From assembly GCF_000737315.1 (NCBI RefSeq), contig NZ_JMCB01000002.1, positions 124,001-188,000 on the forward strand: a stretch of 64,000 nucleotides of DNA, in the 5' to 3' direction. Within the stretch, counting starts at the first letter, position 1. Every line of letters starts with the position of its first letter. The position numbers and the translations under genes were made by a program. Positions 59,562 to 64,000 of this stretch are shown here, piece by piece. This stretch comes from Hyalangium minutum. Lineage in GTDB: Bacteria > Myxococcota > Myxococcia > Myxococcales > Myxococcaceae. The notes beneath the pieces are model-generated. The model was not told the origin of the DNA, did no database searches, and saw nothing but the letters and a program-made list of their open reading frames with translations.

Positions 59562-60862
59562 GCGGACATCCCCTGAGAGTTGGAGGCGGCACGTGCCGGG
59601 GGAGCGATGAGCGCCTGCCGCACGAGCCGCACGCCCCGTCCCAGCGTGGACAGAACCACCATCGCCGAGAACAGCATGCCGGCCAGGTACGCCAGCACCA
59701 TCACCACGCTCCCGGAGACAGCGACAAGCGCCTCGAGCGGCTCCGTGCTCGCAAACCGGGCCAGGACGGCGCCCAGCAGCTGCGGCAACGACGTCACAAG
59801 GACCCAGGTGGTGCGCGCGGCGAACACCGCGAAGGTGGCGAAGAACACAGTGGACGCCAGCGCATAGACGGCCAGCGCCACCCGGGAGCCCGCGAGGGGC
59901 GGCGGTCCCTTGTCCCGGCGTCCCATCACGAGGGAGGCCGCGCGTGTCAGCACGTTCGCGCCCCAGGCACGCGCCTGGTCGCGCAGGTTGGGCAGGCGGA
60001 ACAGGTCGGAGTAGACCCAATAGCCATCGAAACGGAAGAACGGATTGAGCGTCACGAAGAGTGTGGTCAAGCTGGCGCCCATGAAGGCGGCAATTGCAGC
60101 GCTCTGGGTTGCCAGTTGCACGGGCGCCGCCAGCGCCGTGACGATCAGCTGGAAATAGACCCCGCCGAGGTTGACACGCATCCGGCCTGCGCGCGGCAGC
60201 CGCCACGCCTCGGTGACATTGCAAAACAGCACGGGGAAGACCAGATACAGACCGATTCCAATTTCGGCGGGCTCGGCGCCGGAGTAGCGCGAGGCCGCCG
60301 CGTGCCCGAGCTCATGGAACGCGAGCGCGCTGAACAGCAGGACGTAGAACAGCAGGGCGTCGCCCAGCGTCATGTTGAAGGTGGTGACCGCTACGCGCAC
60401 GCTGCTGAGCTGGTAAGGCGTGGCCAGCAACCACCCGCCCAGCAGCACGGCGCACGCCAGCAGCGTCGTGATGAGCGCTCGCGGCGCGAACAGGAAGGTG
60501 AACGGGGAACAGGCGCGCGCCACGGTCTCAGGACCGGCCAACTGCCGCGCGAAGAACACGTAGGGAGAGTGGTTGCTGGCCGCTGGCGCGGCTTTCTTGT
60601 CGGTGGAGACTAACCCCGCGGGTATCAACTGGGTTTCAATGACCGAGCGCACCTGCTCGGCGGTGAACTTCACGTCGCCTTCATTCAAGCGCGCCACGAT
60701 CGCGTCGAGCGACGACTCGCGCTCCAGACACTCGAGCAGCCGCGCCAGCCTTTCGGAGCCATGAAAGGCGCGGCGCCCGACGAAAATGCAGTACCGGCGG
60801 CCGCTCTGCGGATCATCCGTCTTGGACAAAGACAGTGCGTCGGTCAGGTAGTATCGATCCAA
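59558..60862 (-). CDS. M50 (site-2 protease) membrane metalloprotease with N-terminal RRE/PqqD-like domain; TTG start probable
   Basis: HELGH zinc motif, GLYLVFPVLFCNVTEAW, LNPFFRFDGY third-ligand motif, multiple TMs. Confidence 0.82.
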   Translation of the reverse strand: MDRYYLTDALSLSKTDDPQSGRRYCIFVGRRAFHGSERLARLLECLERESSLDAIVARLNEGDVKFTAEQVRSVIETQLIPAGLVSTDKKAAPAASNHSPYVFFARQLAGPETVARACSPFTFLFAPRALITTLLACAVLLGGWLLATPYQLSSVRVAVTTFNMTLGDALLFYVLLFSALAFHELGHAAASRYSGAEPAEIGIGLYLVFPVLFCNVTEAWRLPRAGRMRVNLGGVYFQLIVTALAAPVQLATQSAAIAAFMGASLTTLFVTLNPFFRFDGYWVYSDLFRLPNLRDQARAWGANVLTRAASLVMGRRDKGPPPLAGSRVALAVYALASTVFFATFAVFAARTTWVLVTSLPQLLGAVLARFASTEPLEALVAVSGSVVMVLAYLAGMLFSAMVVLSTLGRGVRLVRQALIAPPARAASNSQGMSA

Positions 60863-60893
60863 GCGGGACTCTGGCTGAGAGGGTCTTGTTCCG

Positions 60894-60920
60894 ACTATAT
60901 AGTAAAAGTTCAGAATAACG
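60894..60920 (-). promoter_or_regulatory. AT-rich patch with candidate -10 box for the peptide operon
   Basis: Palindrome ACTATATAGT (60894-60903) containing TATAGT/TACTAT about 30 nt upstream of TTG 60862; no clear -35. Confidence 0.35.
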
Positions 60921-61218
60921 CGAATCCAGTTCTGTCGCGGATGGGCTGAGCGCGTAGCACCGCTCGCCGATGCGCCCGACCAGGAACTGCGCCGGCGGCT
61001 TCGCGCTCGTCGCCAGGACACGCCCCCCGCTAGCACCGACGTGCGCGTGCATGTGGAGCAGCCGCGTCGCCTTGGCCGCCACGCTCGCGCTGCAGCTGAC
61101 GTCTCCCTCAGGGCTTGGAGTCGATGACCGCGCCCGCCTGGGCTCCTTGCAGGTGGTGGCGCAGCGGGATCCGAGGTATTAGGTTGGATGTAAGAGACCC
61201 AACCTATTGGGGTAGATT

Positions 61219-61812
61219 ATGGACCTGAAGGCCGTCATCGCGCTCGAGCGGGCAGGCATGGACCCGGCTCACCCGGAGCGCCTGTGGGTGCCCACCGCGC
61301 TCGGCGAGCAGGGCCGGGTGGTGCCCCTGGACCAGGACCTGCCTGTCCCCGTCATGGACGACGGACACCGCGTGGTCTGGCTTCCTCTCGAGCCGTTCTC
61401 CCGGCTCTGGACGGGCTCGGCGGTGGCCCCGGCTCTCTCCCGCGCCTCCCCGCCCGAGTACGAGCCCTTCTTCATCCTCCTTGAGGCCACGGCCGCCGAG
61501 TACTGCGATGCCACCGGTCGTCCCGAGCGCGACAGGGAGTTCGAGCGCCTCTACCGGCAGCTGCGTCGTCGGCCGGACGGCGTGGATCCCAACCCCTTGT
61601 TTTCCTACCTGCGCGCCGCGGCCCGGCTCTACCTCTCCCTGCGGGATGTGAGCCGCGCCGAGTTCGAGTCTGTGGCCGACCGCCTGCGCCTCTCGGCCAG
61701 GACCTTCAGCACCCGGATCGACAGCACCAACTACCACCACTTCGTGCTCGAGGAGTTCTTCCACCCCACGGGACCGCTCCTCACCACGGGCTGGTCGGGA
61801 GGGCTCTCATGA
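61219..61812 (+). CDS. Hypothetical protein
   Basis: Clean ORF with ATGA overlap to the next gene. Confidence 0.65.
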   Translation: MDLKAVIALERAGMDPAHPERLWVPTALGEQGRVVPLDQDLPVPVMDDGHRVVWLPLEPFSRLWTGSAVAPALSRASPPEYEPFFILLEATAAEYCDATGRPERDREFERLYRQLRRRPDGVDPNPLFSYLRAAARLYLSLRDVSRAEFESVADRLRLSARTFSTRIDSTNYHHFVLEEFFHPTGPLLTTGWSGGLS

Positions 61813-62882
61813 GCGAGTACCAGTATTACGAGTTCCGGGCCGTGGACCGGCCGCTCACCCAGCGGGAGCGGGCCGAGCTTCGTGCACTCTCTACCCGCGC
61901 CAACATCTCCGCGTACCACTTCTCCAACGTCTATCACTGGGGCAGTTTCAAGGGCTCCCCGGACGAGATGGTGGAGCGCTACTTCGATGCCCACCTCTAT
62001 GTGGCGAACTGGGGCGAGCGCCGGCTCGTGCTCCGTCTTCCTGCCCGGCGCTTCGACCTGCAGCGCGCCAGGCCCTACCAGGAAGGCCGCCGCACCGCGG
62101 TGCAGAGGAAGGGCGACCACGTCATGCTTCGCTTCGAGCTCGACGAAGCCTGGTCCGAGGACGTCCAGGGGGAAGGGTGGCTCACCTCCCTCCTGCCCCT
62201 TCGCGAGGAGCTTCTCTCGGGAGATCTGCGCTCGCTCTATCTCGGGTGGCTGGCACAGGCCGCGCTGGGGCAGTTGAGTGCGGACGACGAGGAGCCGCCC
62301 GTTCCCCCAGGGCTAGGCTCCCTCTCCTCAGCGCTCACCGCGCTCGCGGACTTCCTGCTCATCCCTCCCGAGCTGTTGGAGGTGGCCGCTCGGACCAGTG
62401 CCGCTGAAAAGCCGGTGCCGCGCGAGGAGTTGGAGACGTGGGTTCAGGCGCTACCCGCGCTGGAAAAGGATGCCCTGCTGGTGCGGTTGATCGACAAGGC
62501 CGGGGTGGCCCCTGGCCGAGTCGCGGAGAAGGCCATTCCTCCCCGGAGGCTGGTGGGCGCACTGCTCCGGGAAGCCGTAGCGCTCCAAAAAGCCAAGGAG
62601 CGGCGGGAACAGGAGCGCCAGGTCGCGGCTCGGGAGAAGGAACTCGAGGCGCTCGCGGCCCAGGGCTCCGCTGCTTGGGGGCGGGTGGATCAGCTCTTCT
62701 CCAGCCGTCGCCCCACGGATCATGCGGCCGGTGTGAGGCTCCTCGTGGACCTGAGAGAGGTCGCGCGCCGGAAGGGGACGGAGGACGCGTTCTCCCGCCG
62801 CTTGGGCCAGCTCCGCGAGCGCAATGCCCGAAGAGCCGGGCTGATCTCCCGCATGGACAAGGAAGGCCTGCACGCACCCTGA
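61809..62882 (+). CDS. Conserved hypothetical protein (MSEYQYYEF... family, usually near SWIM/helicase genes)
   Basis: MSEYQYYEFRAVDRPLT, YFDAHLYVANWG, GDLRSLYLGWL motifs recalled from this family. Confidence 0.7.
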   Translation: MSEYQYYEFRAVDRPLTQRERAELRALSTRANISAYHFSNVYHWGSFKGSPDEMVERYFDAHLYVANWGERRLVLRLPARRFDLQRARPYQEGRRTAVQRKGDHVMLRFELDEAWSEDVQGEGWLTSLLPLREELLSGDLRSLYLGWLAQAALGQLSADDEEPPVPPGLGSLSSALTALADFLLIPPELLEVAARTSAAEKPVPREELETWVQALPALEKDALLVRLIDKAGVAPGRVAEKAIPPRRLVGALLREAVALQKAKERREQERQVAAREKELEALAAQGSAAWGRVDQLFSSRRPTDHAAGVRLLVDLREVARRKGTEDAFSRRLGQLRERNARRAGLISRMDKEGLHAP

Positions 62883-62903
62883 ACTCCCGCCTCGCCTGAA
62901 CGT

Positions 62904-64000
62904 ATGGCTCCTCCAGAGACCGAAACCCATCCCGAATCTTCTTCCCGCCGCGCAGCTCCTCAGCCGCTGGAGCCTCTGCGGAGGTGGCTCACCCGCGACG
63001 CGCTTTATGAGATAGCGGGCCCGCGGATGTACCGCCAGGGCCAGGCATGCCTGGCCCAGCACCGCGTGACTTCCTTCGAGGCACTACCCGACGTCCTCAC
63101 GGGGCAGGTGCTCAACCGCCGGGGACATCCCTACCCAGTCACCATCGGCACGGATGCGGATGGTTTCTCGGCGGAGTGCGAGTGCGAGCCCTTCTGGAAC
63201 GAGGGCTTCTGCAAGCATGCTGTCGCGCTGGGGCTGGCCTTTCTCCAAGCGGGGGGGGCCGTCTCGGAGCGGGCCCGGCCGCCGACCCGGTCCGAGCGGC
63301 CGCAGAGCTCCGAGCACCTTCAGGAGTGGTTGGAGGAGCACCACCTCGCTCATGCCCGGCGCATCCCCCTGGCCGTGGTGGAGCCCTTCCTGGAGCGGGG
63401 CTTCAATGGCACGCCCGGTTTCTATGGACTGGCGCACCTGCCCGTCACCGCGCCCTTGGATGGGTCTCTCGATTTGCGGCGGCAGGTGTTTGGGACCCCC
63501 GCGCAGAACCTGCTGCGCGAGGCCGTCTGGGCCTGGCTGGCTGCTGAGGCCGAGCGGGTTCGCAGGGGACTCGAATCCGAACAGGAGCGCGCCGCGGCGC
63601 CTCGTCCACCGCCCACCGATGTGCGGCTGATTCCCTGGAGAGAGGCGCTCGAGAGAGCCAGGGCGCGGGTGCGAGAGCAGGCCGTGCCTCGCCTGCTGCC
63701 GGGCAAGCCCGACATCACGATGCAAGAGCGCCCCTTGCTCCTCTTCATCGAGGAGCCGGGCAGTCCCTCTGCCGTCTTCGCGGGGAAGGACAGCTGGACG
63801 GGGATGATACGCGTGCGCGTGTCCGTGGATCCTCGCGCGCTGCTCGAGGAGCGGGGAGGGTTGTCCTGCTGGTGCACACCTGGAGGAGAAGCTCGCTGCG
63901 TCCATGTCCTCTCCGCACTTGATGCGTTGCTGGACATGCAGGGGGAGTCGCTCTGGGCCTCGTTCAACTCGAGGCTCGCGGAGCTGCTCTTCGAGCTGCC
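62904..64000 (+). CDS. Tandem SWIM zinc-finger protein, probably the N-terminus of an SNF2 helicase (3' truncated)
   Basis: Frame open to the window end; CECEPFWNEGFCKH and CWCTPGGEARCVH SWIM motifs. The helicase part is not in the window. Confidence 0.75.
   Translation, partial: MAPPETETHPESSSRRAAPQPLEPLRRWLTRDALYEIAGPRMYRQGQACLAQHRVTSFEALPDVLTGQVLNRRGHPYPVTIGTDADGFSAECECEPFWNEGFCKHAVALGLAFLQAGGAVSERARPPTRSERPQSSEHLQEWLEEHHLAHARRIPLAVVEPFLERGFNGTPGFYGLAHLPVTAPLDGSLDLRRQVFGTPAQNLLREAVWAWLAAEAERVRRGLESEQERAAAPRPPPTDVRLIPWREALERARARVREQAVPRLLPGKPDITMQERPLLLFIEEPGSPSAVFAGKDSWTGMIRVRVSVDPRALLEERGGLSCWCTPGGEARCVHVLSALDALLDMQGESLWASFNSRLAELLFEL

Noticed and set aside
58401-60224. 607-aa ORF suggesting a protease-acyltransferase fusion or programmed frameshift
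   Set aside because: The 5' part is an Arg/Gly-rich alternate frame of the M50 gene; the ATGA overlap at 59558-59561 explains the junction.
60970-61182. 70-aa plus-strand ORF or possible gene remnant (…LGVDDRARLGSLQVVAQRDPRY)
   Set aside because: No RBS or recognisable motif; cannot be supported as a gene or pseudogene from sequence alone.
58040-64000. Prophage or integrative element at tRNA-Phe
   Set aside because: No integrase, phage structural gene or att duplication seen within the window.

Overview
High-GC myxobacterial chromosome segment; gene content (SitA6/SitI6, DUF2381, many Ser/Thr kinases) points to a Myxococcus/Stigmatella/Hyalangium-like genome. Core or semi-core genes: dnaJ (partial), LpoA-like lipoprotein, ung, chrA, gyrA, a urease operon, treT-like/nfeD/slipin, nhaR and tRNA-Phe. 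Three accessory regions stand out. (1) 58.2-60.9 kb, just 3' of tRNA-Phe: a compact minus-strand operon encoding an RRE-like/M50 membrane metalloprotease, a LpxL-like acyltransferase with an RRE-like tail, and a 57-aa acidic-leader/Cys-rich peptide missing from the ORF track. This is the best candidate for an undescribed system (putative lipidated RiPP or peptide signal). (2) 22.5-29.9 kb: two SitA6/SitI6 toxin-immunity pairs sharing a 107-bp identical block and flanking a DUF2381 / kinase / pseudokinase module whose extracytoplasmic parts look VirB9/VirB10-like. (3) 30.8-36.7 kb: a TPR kinase, an FHA-like sigma54 activator and a small gene with a canonical -24/-12 promoter. The urease operon looks eukaryote-like (fused gamma-beta, His-rich UreG, no UreE). 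All family calls come from motif reading by eye; no searches were run. No CRISPR array, rRNA, integrase or IS was seen.
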